This document shows positions 18,219-26,619 of a stretch of DNA of 64,000 nucleotides, piece after piece (the first letter of the stretch is position 1; each line of letters opens with the position of its first letter). The notes beneath the pieces were generated by a model that was given only the letters and a program-made list of their open reading frames with translations, was not told the DNA's origin and did not search any database. The translations under genes and the position numbers were made by a program. Source of the stretch: an uncultured Porphyromonadaceae bacterium (lineage in GTDB: Bacteria > Bacteroidota > Bacteroidia > Bacteroidales > Muribaculaceae); the NCBI GenBank assembly GCA_947176935.1, contig CAMWSP010000001.1, forward strand, positions 20 through 64,019, in the 5' to 3' direction.

Positions 18219-18474
18219 GCACCAATCCGGCCAACATGGCCCGGCTCTGCTCCGCCTGTTGCGGCGTTGGCGCCGCGGCGCGCATAACAGTCAGATACTC
18301 CCTGTCGGTCTCGAGGCGTTTAACCTCTGCCTCCAGTTCATTGATGCGTCGCTGAAGCCTTTCCGCTTCCTGTCGCTGCCGCTCAATCGTTTCCACGAGC
18401 ATTGCCTGGCGGTTGGAAATCACCTCCACCTTAGCGCGAATGCTCGCCGATATGTTCTGAATGTTCAGGGCCAT
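18178..18474 (-). CDS. coiled-coil protein (ZapB-like position), function unknown
   Basis: Heptad-rich sequence (RQRQEAERLQRRINELEAEVKRLETDREYL). Start at ATG 18474 is supported by a TAAATTTG box at 18495-18502. Confidence 0.4.
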   Translation of the reverse strand: MALNIQNISASIRAKVEVISNRQAMLVETIERQRQEAERLQRRINELEAEVKRLETDREYLTVMRAAAPTPQQAEQSRAMLAGLVREIDRCIAELKAC

Positions 18475-18494
18475 AATTTGCCGAAATGCACCCA

Positions 18495-18502
18495 CAAATT
18501 TA
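18495..18502 (-). promoter_or_regulatory. -7 box TAAATTTG upstream of the coiled-coil/zapA/rny gene train
   Basis: caaattta on the plus strand, 20 nt from ATG 18474. Confidence 0.5.
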
Positions 18503-18596
18503 GCGCTTTCCCCCCAAACCACCAAACTTTTCCCCCGAAAAATTCACTCCCGGCGTTTAGATTCTCGATTTAATGCCGATAATAGGAACATGTAGG

Positions 18597-19430
18597 CTAT
18601 TTTCCGGGCTGCAACGGGCCATAGAAGAACGAGGCGGTCGCTCCGCCGTCGATTAGGAAGTCAGCTCCGGTAATGAAGGCTCCCTGCTGACTCATGAGCA
18701 GTTCCGCCACGTTCGCAACCTCATCGGCCGTGCCCGGGCGTCCGGAAGGGCACTTGGCAAACATGTTTTTGTAAAAGTCGCCTCGCGGCCCGTTGAACTC
18801 ATCGAGAGCGAGCGGAGTCACTATGATGCCGGGAGATATGGAGTTAATGCGGGCTCCGCGTTCTCCCCACATAACTGCTTCGGCCATAACCCTCTTCACA
18901 TTACACCGTTTGGCCATCTGATAGGCATGAAGGGTGTTTTCAATGTTTTCGGGCTGAAGCATCGGAAGGGATAGGAGTTCTTCGGTCGGCGTAGTAGCGA
19001 GAAGCCGATCCTGCTCAGGGGTAAGCGCCGGCATCCGATGTCCCGATTGGCTTGATATGGTCACTCCGGTGCCGCCTTCGGCAATAACCTTCCCGACCTC
19101 TTCAAGCAGCACTGCCGTTCCGTAAAGGTCAACCTTGAGAATTGTCTCCACTGGAGCCTGTGAGGGTGAAACTCCGGCGGCATTGACCAGCATGGTTATG
19201 TCACCATATTCCCGGGCCTCGGCTATAATATTCTTAATCGACTCGCGGCTTGACAAATCCATCTCAATAGCCACAACATCAAATCCGGCTTTGTTCATTA
19301 TGTCAGCTATTGTTTCGGCATTATTGATATTTTTGTCGCCAACAACGATTTTCTTGCCATATCCCATGCGTCGGGCTATCGCCATGCCTATCTGACCGGC
19401 TCCGGTCAGTATCATCACATCTTTTTTCAT
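18597..19430 (-). CDS. SDR family oxidoreductase
   Basis: TGAGQIGMAIARRMG Rossmann motif, NAAG, and the YQMAKR catalytic Y-x3-K. The track start at 19457 is a TTG codon; the ATG at 19430 (MKKDVMILTGAG) is preferred. Confidence 0.85.
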   Translation of the reverse strand: MKKDVMILTGAGQIGMAIARRMGYGKKIVVGDKNINNAETIADIMNKAGFDVVAIEMDLSSRESIKNIIAEAREYGDITMLVNAAGVSPSQAPVETILKVDLYGTAVLLEEVGKVIAEGGTGVTISSQSGHRMPALTPEQDRLLATTPTEELLSLPMLQPENIENTLHAYQMAKRCNVKRVMAEAVMWGERGARINSISPGIIVTPLALDEFNGPRGDFYKNMFAKCPSGRPGTADEVANVAELLMSQQGAFITGADFLIDGGATASFFYGPLQPGK

Positions 19431-19464
19431 AATACTAAGTTTTGATTTATAACGCAAAAAGTGT

Positions 19465-19472
19465 TAATTTTG
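19465..19472 (+). promoter_or_regulatory. -7 box TAATTTTG upstream of the AraC gene
   Basis: Only 4 nt separate the motif from ATG 19477. Confidence 0.45.
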
Positions 19473-19476
19473 CAGT

Positions 19477-20304
19477 ATGACAAAGCATCTGCATGAACTG
19501 ATTGTGTTCTCCAAGGAGTTCGCACTGATAAACTCTCCGGCATTCTATGACTGCATAGTGCATCTGATATGCACCGATGGCAACGGAAGGTTTTCATACA
19601 ATGGCCGGCATTTCGATATGTCGAAAAATGACATAGCTGTGATTTCGCGGCCTCGGCTGGTTTCTGCCGTCACCTCTGATGAAAACTTCCGCTGTGAGTT
19701 TATTGCCGCTCCCGATAAGTTTCTCCACAATCTTTTGCCGGCAAACAACTATTCGATTCAGGGCTGCGTAAGCCTGTTCGATAATCCGATAATAAGAGTA
19801 TCTGATATTGATGCCTTGCGCTTTCGTGTCGACCTGGCGAATATCCGAAATCGGATAGACAATATTGACCACCGATTCTATCAGGAGTTGATGGGAAGTC
19901 TGTTGCAGACCATGGTCTATGACCTGTTTGACTTCCATGCCAAGACTAATGAAAATATCCTGACCACTGACAGGGTGGGCTATATTACCAGGCAGTTCTT
20001 CACACTGATAGAATCCGGGAAACCGAAAACGCACCGGGAGGTGTCGGATTATGCGGAGTTACTCAATGTAACGCCGAAATATCTCTCGGATACCATAAAG
20101 CGTGTTACCGGCACAAACATCTCCGCTCATATCAACAATGCTGCCACTGCAATAGCCATCGAATATCTGAAGGATAATACCAAGTCGGTATCACAGATTG
20201 CCGATGAAATGAATTTCTCGTCGCTGAGCTATTTCAGCCGATTTTGCGTCAAGCATATCGGAGTGTCGCCTGCGAAATTCCGCACCGCCGGCGCAAAAGA
20301 CTAA
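19477..20304 (+). CDS. AraC family transcriptional regulator
   Basis: C-terminal double HTH (VSDYAELLNVTPKYLSDTIKRVTG...SVSQIADEMNFSSLSYFSRFCVKHIGVSPAKFR). Divergent from the SDR gene. Confidence 0.85.
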   Translation: MTKHLHELIVFSKEFALINSPAFYDCIVHLICTDGNGRFSYNGRHFDMSKNDIAVISRPRLVSAVTSDENFRCEFIAAPDKFLHNLLPANNYSIQGCVSLFDNPIIRVSDIDALRFRVDLANIRNRIDNIDHRFYQELMGSLLQTMVYDLFDFHAKTNENILTTDRVGYITRQFFTLIESGKPKTHREVSDYAELLNVTPKYLSDTIKRVTGTNISAHINNAATAIAIEYLKDNTKSVSQIADEMNFSSLSYFSRFCVKHIGVSPAKFRTAGAKD

Positions 20305-20314
20305 GCAGTCCGTA

Positions 20315-20971
20315 TTACTTTTTGAAGCCAAGGCGTTCAAGCCAGCTGTCAACGCTCTTTTGGGCTGACGTCTGGTTTTCCTGCGCAACCTTGCCCTGAA
20401 TTGCAAGGCCTTTGCCGGTCAGGGTCTCGGCTCCTTTGCATGCTGAGGCGATTTTGCGGTCTGTTCCGCCCATGCCGCTGCCTTCATGAGTAATGAAGGG
20501 TATAACGGTCTTGCCGTTCCAGTCGTGCTTTTCAATAAATGAATATACACACATCGGCGGATTACCCCACCAGTTCGGATAACCGATGAAGATAACGTCA
20601 TAGTCCTCGACTTTTATATCCCCTTTCACTGCCGGACGTGCGTTTGACTGCAATTCTTTTTTGGCAATCTCAATGCAAGTGTTATAGTCGTTGGGATACT
20701 CCTTTTCCGGCACAATCTCAAAAGAGTTTGCGCCCGTGGCTTCCGCAATCATATCTGCAATGATATGGGTATTGCCTTTTTCAATATTGCCTACGTTGTA
20801 GTTCTCACCGGTATGGGAGAAGAAAACAACCAGCTTTTTCCCATTTGTTTTCATTTCGGTATTTGTTTTTTTATTCGTTTCTTCTGAATTGCTTGTAGCA
20901 GCCGAACATGAGGTTGTGCCTGTAAGAGCACACAACCCGATCAATAATGGTTTCAGGAATCTTAGTTTCAT
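20315..20971 (-). CDS. flavodoxin-fold lipoprotein
   Basis: Lipobox (LCALTGTTSC). Flavodoxin-like KKLVVFFSHTGEN...YDVIFIGYPNWWGNPPMCVYSFIE...VIPFITHEGSGMGG. Confidence 0.7.
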   Translation of the reverse strand: MKLRFLKPLLIGLCALTGTTSCSAATSNSEETNKKTNTEMKTNGKKLVVFFSHTGENYNVGNIEKGNTHIIADMIAEATGANSFEIVPEKEYPNDYNTCIEIAKKELQSNARPAVKGDIKVEDYDVIFIGYPNWWGNPPMCVYSFIEKHDWNGKTVIPFITHEGSGMGGTDRKIASACKGAETLTGKGLAIQGKVAQENQTSAQKSVDSWLERLGFKK

Positions 20972-20993
20972 AATGCGTTCATTTATCTGACTG

Positions 20994-21001
20994 CAAAGTT
21001 A
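20994..21001 (-). promoter_or_regulatory. -7 box TAACTTTG upstream of the flavodoxin lipoprotein gene
   Basis: caaagtta on the plus strand, 22 nt from ATG 20971. Confidence 0.5.
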
Positions 21002-21111
21002 GCAATAATATATATTGGCGGCGTTTCAAAAAACAGGGTAAAACTTTCACTTTTTGACTTTCAGATTAAATTGGGGGAGTAATGGGCGAGGTGTATGTAA
21101 GCAAAATTTGC

Positions 21112-21119
21112 TAACTTTG
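21112..21119 (+). promoter_or_regulatory. -7 box TAACTTTG upstream of the TolC operon
   Basis: 22 nt before ATG 21142. Preceded by the near-palindrome AGCAAAATTTGCT (21100-21112). Confidence 0.5.
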
Positions 21120-21141
21120 CGGTCGTAAAAACAGCTGATTT

Positions 21142-22626
21142 ATGAAAAAAACATTCATCACTTTGATAGGCGGCCTGCTGATGGCCGCTTCGGCGAGTGC
21201 CGAGGTGCTGACCCTTGAGCAGTGTCGGCAAATGGCGCTGGAGAATAACAAAGCCCTGCAGATGGCATCGGCCGAGAAGCGCGCGGCATATTATACGCGC
21301 AAGTCGGCCTTCACAAACTATCTGCCAAAAGTTTCGGCCGCAGGCGGTTATATGTTCACCTCGCGCGAAATTTCGCTGCTTTCCGACGACCAGAAGCAGG
21401 CGCTGTCGCACATGGGCGACAATGCCGCAGCTACCGGTCAGCAGCTCATGGGCGCGCTGGCTATGAAACACCCCGAACTGGCCCCCATACTGCAAGACAT
21501 TCAGGCACCGATAGGTGCGGCCTTTCAGGGCGTGCAGACCGGGCTGAATGCGGCCGGTCAGAGCGTTGTCGACGCTTTTGAAACCGACACCCGCAATGCC
21601 GGCGCGCTGGCGCTGCAGCTGACTCAGCCCATCTATATGGGCGGCAAGATTGTGGCCTATAACAAAATCGCCAAGCTGGCCGAGCAGGCGGCCGACGATA
21701 AGTATGACATTGCCTGCCAGGACGCGCTGGTGGAGGTCGACGAAACCTACTGGCAGATTGTTGCGCTGACGGCAAAAAAGGAATTGGCCGAAAGCTACTT
21801 GAAGCTGGTGCGCGACCTGGAGAAAAATGTCGACGCCATGATTAAGGAGGGTGTCGCAACCCGCGCCGACGGCCTGAGCGTGAAGGTCAAGGCCAATCAG
21901 GCCGACGTGGCGGTGATTCAGGTCAATAATGGCCTGAGCCTGCTGAAAATGCTGCTGTGTCAGCTCATCGGGCTTGACGAAGACACCCCGCTGACCCTCG
22001 CCGACGAAACGGCTTTGGATAAGCTCACTGCCGACGTTGACGACTCCGAAATCGAACTATCCGATTCCTGGCGCGAAACTCGCCCTGAGCTGCGCGCACT
22101 TGGCCGCTCGGCCGAGGTGTTCCGCCAGAAGGAACGCCTGGCCCTGGCCGAAACGATGCCCACCGTGGCTCTCACCGGCGGCTATTCATGGATGACTCCC
22201 ACCTTGTTCAACGGCTTTGAAAACAAATTCCAAGGGCTTTGGAATGTAGGCGTAGTGGTGAAGGTCCCCATCATTACCTGGGGCGACCGTATTTATAAGG
22301 TGAAAGCCGCACGCGCCAATACTCAGATAGCTCGCCTCAAGCTCGACGAGGCTACCGAGAAAATCCGCCTGCAGATTGCTCAGAGCCGCAACACTCTGAT
22401 CGAATCACGCCGGCGCCTCGAAGCCTGCGAAAGTGCCGGCGCGGTGGCCGACGAAAACCTGCGCATGGCAACTCTGGGAATGAACGAGGGCGTGATTCCG
22501 GTTATCAACGTAAACGAAGCCCAGACCGCGTGGCTCGGAGCCCAATCCGCGCTCATTTCTGCAAAAATCGACCTCAAGCTCGCTCAGGTTCACCTGCAAC
22601 GCGCATTGGGCACTCTAAACCGCTAA
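21142..22626 (+). CDS. TolC family outer membrane efflux protein
   Basis: 494 aa with a signal peptide. Two repeats of the TolC-type helical pattern (LTLEQCRQMALENNKALQ ... ETRPELRAL ... AQSALISAKIDLKLAQVHLQRALG). Confidence 0.85.
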   Translation: MKKTFITLIGGLLMAASASAEVLTLEQCRQMALENNKALQMASAEKRAAYYTRKSAFTNYLPKVSAAGGYMFTSREISLLSDDQKQALSHMGDNAAATGQQLMGALAMKHPELAPILQDIQAPIGAAFQGVQTGLNAAGQSVVDAFETDTRNAGALALQLTQPIYMGGKIVAYNKIAKLAEQAADDKYDIACQDALVEVDETYWQIVALTAKKELAESYLKLVRDLEKNVDAMIKEGVATRADGLSVKVKANQADVAVIQVNNGLSLLKMLLCQLIGLDEDTPLTLADETALDKLTADVDDSEIELSDSWRETRPELRALGRSAEVFRQKERLALAETMPTVALTGGYSWMTPTLFNGFENKFQGLWNVGVVVKVPIITWGDRIYKVKAARANTQIARLKLDEATEKIRLQIAQSRNTLIESRRRLEACESAGAVADENLRMATLGMNEGVIPVINVNEAQTAWLGAQSALISAKIDLKLAQVHLQRALGTLNR

Positions 22627-22645
22627 TAATAAAAACTTTAAACAT

Positions 22646-23644
22646 ATGAATTCCCGTAAAAAAACGAATTTTTCGCTTGTGCTTATTGCCGCCGCGATTG
22701 TGGTGGTGGTGATTATTGCCGTGATTATTGCCGGCTTGAGAATGAAAGACTTGCCTGTGCTAACTCAAGGACAGGTTGAAACGGCCAGCTATAGAGTGTC
22801 GAGCAAGGTGCCCGGACGAGTACTCGAAATCCGCGTAGAAGAAGGCGATACGGTTTGCGCCGGCGACACGCTGGTAATCCTCGAAGCCCCCGACGTGGAA
22901 GCCAAACTCGCTCAGGCGAATGCCGCTCGTCAGGCAGCCGAAGCGCTCGAGCATAAAGCGCAGAAAGGCGCCCGTCAGGAGCAAATCGATGGTGCATTCC
23001 AGCTCTGGCAAAAGGCCAAAGCCGGTGTCGAAGTGGCCGAAAAGAGCTACAACCGCGTTAACCGCCTGTTTGAGCAGGGTGTACTCCCCGAGCAGAAGCG
23101 CGACGAAGCCTACGCCCAGTATCAGGCCATGGTAGCCACCGAAAAAGCCGCCAAGAGCCAATATGACCTTGCCGTCAAGGGCGCTCAGGCCGAAGATAAG
23201 GAAGCTGCCGGTGCTCAGGTTGCGCGCGCCGAGGCTGCGGTCAGCGAAGTCAACTCCTACATTGCTGAAACAGTGCTCACTGCCCCGCAGAGCGGCGTCG
23301 TTACAGAAATCTATCCCCAGCTCGGCGAACTGGTCGGCACCGGCGCCCCGCTGCTGAACGTTGCGCGGCTCGACGACATTTGGTTCGTTTTCAACGTTCG
23401 CGAAGACAAGCTGCCCGGCCTGACCGTGGGCACCGAAACCGAGGTCTATGTTCCCGCGTTCGACAAAACCGTGCCGGTCAAGATTTCGCGAATCAAGGAA
23501 GTCGGCAGCTATGCCGTTTGGAAAGCAACCAAGGCTCTGGACCGCTACGACCTGAAAACATTTGAGGTCAAGGCTGTTCCGGTCAATGAAAATCCGCTGC
23601 CCGGCGTGCGTCCCGGCATGTCGGCAATTCTGAACGCCGACTGA
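22646..23644 (+). CDS. HlyD family membrane fusion (periplasmic adaptor) protein
   Basis: N-terminal TM helix, lipoyl-like hairpin (GRVLEIRVEEGDTVCAGDTLVILE), coiled coil, beta-barrel. Confidence 0.85.
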   Translation: MNSRKKTNFSLVLIAAAIVVVVIIAVIIAGLRMKDLPVLTQGQVETASYRVSSKVPGRVLEIRVEEGDTVCAGDTLVILEAPDVEAKLAQANAARQAAEALEHKAQKGARQEQIDGAFQLWQKAKAGVEVAEKSYNRVNRLFEQGVLPEQKRDEAYAQYQAMVATEKAAKSQYDLAVKGAQAEDKEAAGAQVARAEAAVSEVNSYIAETVLTAPQSGVVTEIYPQLGELVGTGAPLLNVARLDDIWFVFNVREDKLPGLTVGTETEVYVPAFDKTVPVKISRIKEVGSYAVWKATKALDRYDLKTFEVKAVPVNENPLPGVRPGMSAILNAD

Positions 23645-24834
23645 TGGCAATGAAGCGCAAAAACGTTTTTTTGCGGCTCTGGCAGCTATGGATGAGGGAG
23701 TTGAAGTTCTTTTCAACCCGCCCTCTGATGCTGGTGGTAATGTTTATCGCGCCCGTTACGCTGCTGGTGTTCTTCCTGTCGCTGATGAGCGCCGGCCTGC
23801 CCACCGACCTGCCCGCCGGCATAGTCGATGAAGACAACACTTCAACGACCCGCACCCTGGTGCGCACGCTCGACGCGATGGAAAACACCGACCTCCGCTA
23901 TAGCTACTCCTCGCTGACCGAGGCCCGCGAGGCCATGCAGCGCGGCGAGATATACGCGTTTTTCCACATTCCCGCCGGAACCACCGAGCGCGCACTGAGC
24001 CAGCGCCGGCCAAAAATCGGCTTCTACACCAACGATGCCTACTTCATTGCCGGTTCGCTGCTTATGCGCGACATGCGCACTGCCTCCGAAATGATCGGCA
24101 TGGGCATATCGCGCCAGACTTTTCTTGCTAAAGGCATGGCCGACGATGCCGCCATGGCTGCGGTGCGCCCCATAGCCATCGAAGCCCACCCGCTGGGTAA
24201 CCCGGTGCTCGACTATTCGGTTTATCTGAGCAACATCATAGTTCCCGGATGCATCCTCTTGTTAGTGCTCATATTCACGCCCTACACTATAGGCCTGGAG
24301 TGGAAGCGCGGCAAGCAGCGCCGGGTCTACAACCGGCTGGCCGGACAGTCGTCGACGGTGTTCCTTGCCGGCAAACTCGTTCCGCAAGCTCTGCTCTTCT
24401 CCCTGATGATGCTGCTTTGCGACGTCGTGTTCTATAAATATCTACACTTCCCCTGCAAGTGCGGCATGTGGATGATGTTCTTTATCGGCGTTCTCTGCAT
24501 TCTGGCCGCCCAGTGTTTCGGAGTGTTCGTTTACGGCCTGCTGCAAGGCAACATGCGCTTCGCCATGAGCGTCTGCTCGCTTTGGGGCATAGTTTCCTTC
24601 TCCATATCCGGCCTGTCGTTTCCCACAATGGCCATGGACCCGATACTTCAGGCCGCCGCATGGCTCTTTCCCCTGCGCCATTATTATTTACTCTACGTTA
24701 ATCAGGCGTTGCATGGCTATCCGCTGCTCTTTGCCTGGCCGTCGATAGTTGCATTGCTCTGCTTTTTGCTGCTGCCGCTGCTTACTCTGCCGCTCTATCG
24801 CCATGCCTTCCGCCACGCCAAGTATAAACCATGA
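23644..24834 (+). CDS. ABC-2 type transporter permease
   Basis: One N-terminal TM helix, a large external loop, then five C-terminal TM helices (YhhJ/YbhS-like topology). Confidence 0.8.
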   Translation: MAMKRKNVFLRLWQLWMRELKFFSTRPLMLVVMFIAPVTLLVFFLSLMSAGLPTDLPAGIVDEDNTSTTRTLVRTLDAMENTDLRYSYSSLTEAREAMQRGEIYAFFHIPAGTTERALSQRRPKIGFYTNDAYFIAGSLLMRDMRTASEMIGMGISRQTFLAKGMADDAAMAAVRPIAIEAHPLGNPVLDYSVYLSNIIVPGCILLLVLIFTPYTIGLEWKRGKQRRVYNRLAGQSSTVFLAGKLVPQALLFSLMMLLCDVVFYKYLHFPCKCGMWMMFFIGVLCILAAQCFGVFVYGLLQGNMRFAMSVCSLWGIVSFSISGLSFPTMAMDPILQAAAWLFPLRHYYLLYVNQALHGYPLLFAWPSIVALLCFLLLPLLTLPLYRHAFRHAKYKP

Positions 24835-26006
24835 CCTCACTCTCAAACATTGCCCGTATAGCCTGGATTGAGTTCCGTAACATGATGCGCGACAACGGCG
24901 TGGTGCTCTTCGTGTTCATCGTGCCGCTGTTCTATCCGTTGCTCTACGCGTTTATCTATAATAATGAAACCGTGCGCGATGTTCCGGTGGCCATTGTTGA
25001 CGGCAGCCGTTCGCCGCTGTCGCGTCAGTTCGCGCGAATGCTCGACGCGACGCCCGAAGTCCGCGTAGTGGCCCAATGCGCATCCATCGCCGAAGCCGAA
25101 CGCCTGAATCAACTCGGCGAAATCTATGCCTTCGTGGTTATCCCCGACGACCTCAACCGCACTCTGACCGATGGGCGTCAGGCCATTATCGGCGTTTATG
25201 CCGACATGGCCGGTATGCTCTACTATAAATCCGCCCTGCTGGCCGCTACCAACGTTTCGCTCGAACTCAACAAGGAACTGAAAGTGGAGCGGTTCTACAC
25301 CGGCGCCACTCGCGCTCAGGAAGCCGTTGCCACTCAGCCGGTCACCTACGACCACGTTCCGCTCTATAACCCTCAGAGCGGCTTCGCGTCATTCCTTATG
25401 CCTGCGGTTATGATGCTCATTCTCCAGCAAACGCTCATGCTCGGCATCGGCATGGTGGGCGGCGGCATCCGCGAGCGCTACAATGGCCGCGCCTTGCCTC
25501 CGATGAAGCTTTATAGCGACCCGATGCAGATAGTGCTCGGCAAAACCGCCGTTTACTTCATAATCTATATTGTTATGGCCGCTTATATGTTCACCGTAGT
25601 GAACTATATTTTCGGTCTGCCCGCCATAGGCCGCTTCGGAACTTATATTATGTTTATGGTGCCATATCTGCTCGGCTGCACCTTCATGGGCATAACGTTC
25701 TCGTCGTTCATCTACCGCCGCGAGGACTGCATTCTGCTCTTCGTGTTCATGTCGCTGCCGTTGCTCTTCATTTCCGGCATATCATGGCCGGCGGCTGCCA
25801 TTCCCCGCTTCTGGAAATGCGTGGGCATGCTATTCCCCTCGACCTATGCGGTTAATGGCTATGTGCGCATCAACTCCATGGGCGCCACCTTGCAGCAGGT
25901 CGGCCCCGAATTCATTGCCCTTTGGATTCAAGCCGGCGTTTACTTCATCCTCTCGCTCGGATTCTACTATATATCCATCCGTAAGCAACGTAAAATCAAG
26001 AAATGA
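24831..26006 (+). CDS. ABC-2 type transporter permease (second copy)
   Basis: Same topology as the preceding gene. ATGA overlap with it. Confidence 0.8.
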   Translation: MTSLSNIARIAWIEFRNMMRDNGVVLFVFIVPLFYPLLYAFIYNNETVRDVPVAIVDGSRSPLSRQFARMLDATPEVRVVAQCASIAEAERLNQLGEIYAFVVIPDDLNRTLTDGRQAIIGVYADMAGMLYYKSALLAATNVSLELNKELKVERFYTGATRAQEAVATQPVTYDHVPLYNPQSGFASFLMPAVMMLILQQTLMLGIGMVGGGIRERYNGRALPPMKLYSDPMQIVLGKTAVYFIIYIVMAAYMFTVVNYIFGLPAIGRFGTYIMFMVPYLLGCTFMGITFSSFIYRREDCILLFVFMSLPLLFISGISWPAAAIPRFWKCVGMLFPSTYAVNGYVRINSMGATLQQVGPEFIALWIQAGVYFILSLGFYYISIRKQRKIKK

Positions 26007-26497
26007 GATTCACCTACTGCCCTGACTGTGGCGCCCGGCTCTCCGACCGCGAACTGGGCGATGAAGGCCTCGTGCCCTGGTGTGACCGCTGCAACAAGCC
26101 CTGGTTCGACATGTTTCCCACGGCGGTCATATCCTTGGTCTACGACGACCGGGGCCAAGTCCTGCTCCTGCGTCAGAATTATATATCCACCGAGTGGAGC
26201 AACCTCATTTCCGGCTATATCCAGCCCGGCGAGAACGCCGAAACCACCGCCCGGCGCGAGATTCTCGAGGAAACCGGCCTTGAGGTCGACAACCTTCAGC
26301 TGCGCCTTACCCGCTGGTTTCCAAAAAAGCAAATGCTCATGATTGGCTTTTTCGCCCACGCTCTGCCCGGGCAGCAACTCCGCCTGTCATCCGAGGTCGA
26401 CTCCGCCGCCTGGACTCCCGCAGAATCCGCCCTTGACCTCCTAAGCCCCTCACCGACATCAGCCGCCCGCGCTCTCCTCATTTCCTACCTGGGTTGA
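26003..26497 (+). CDS. NUDIX hydrolase with N-terminal zinc ribbon (NudC-like)
   Basis: CPDCG...CDRC four-Cys ribbon and Nudix box GYIQPGENAETTARREILEETGL. ATGA overlap with the permease gene. Confidence 0.8.
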   Translation: MRFTYCPDCGARLSDRELGDEGLVPWCDRCNKPWFDMFPTAVISLVYDDRGQVLLLRQNYISTEWSNLISGYIQPGENAETTARREILEETGLEVDNLQLRLTRWFPKKQMLMIGFFAHALPGQQLRLSSEVDSAAWTPAESALDLLSPSPTSAARALLISYLG

Positions 26498-26539
26498 GCC
26501 GGCGGTTGCAGTAGGACCTAAGAAAATGGTATAACCGCA

Positions 26540-26571
26540 TTGAAAATTGTTTAGGAATTTTTGAAAATTGT
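26540..26571 (+). promoter_or_regulatory. two copies of TTGAAAATTGT spaced 21 bp apart (possible operator)
   Basis: Exact 11-bp direct repeat at 26540-26550 and 26561-26571, ending 3 bp before the -7 box. Confidence 0.3.
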
Positions 26572-26574
26572 GAG

Positions 26575-26582
26575 TAATTTTG
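26575..26582 (+). promoter_or_regulatory. -7 box TAATTTTG upstream of the T9SS-tailed flavodoxin gene
   Basis: 37 nt before ATG 26620. Confidence 0.5.
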
Positions 26583-26619
26583 CAATGTTGTTTAAATCCT
26601 TCAATTTGTGATCGGAACT

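Noticed and set aside
21100-21112. The near-palindrome AGCAAA-A-TTTGCT upstream of the TolC operon as a repressor operator.
   Set aside because: It is a single 6-bp inverted repeat that overlaps AT-rich promoter sequence, so it could arise by chance. I noted it only in the promoter feature evidence.
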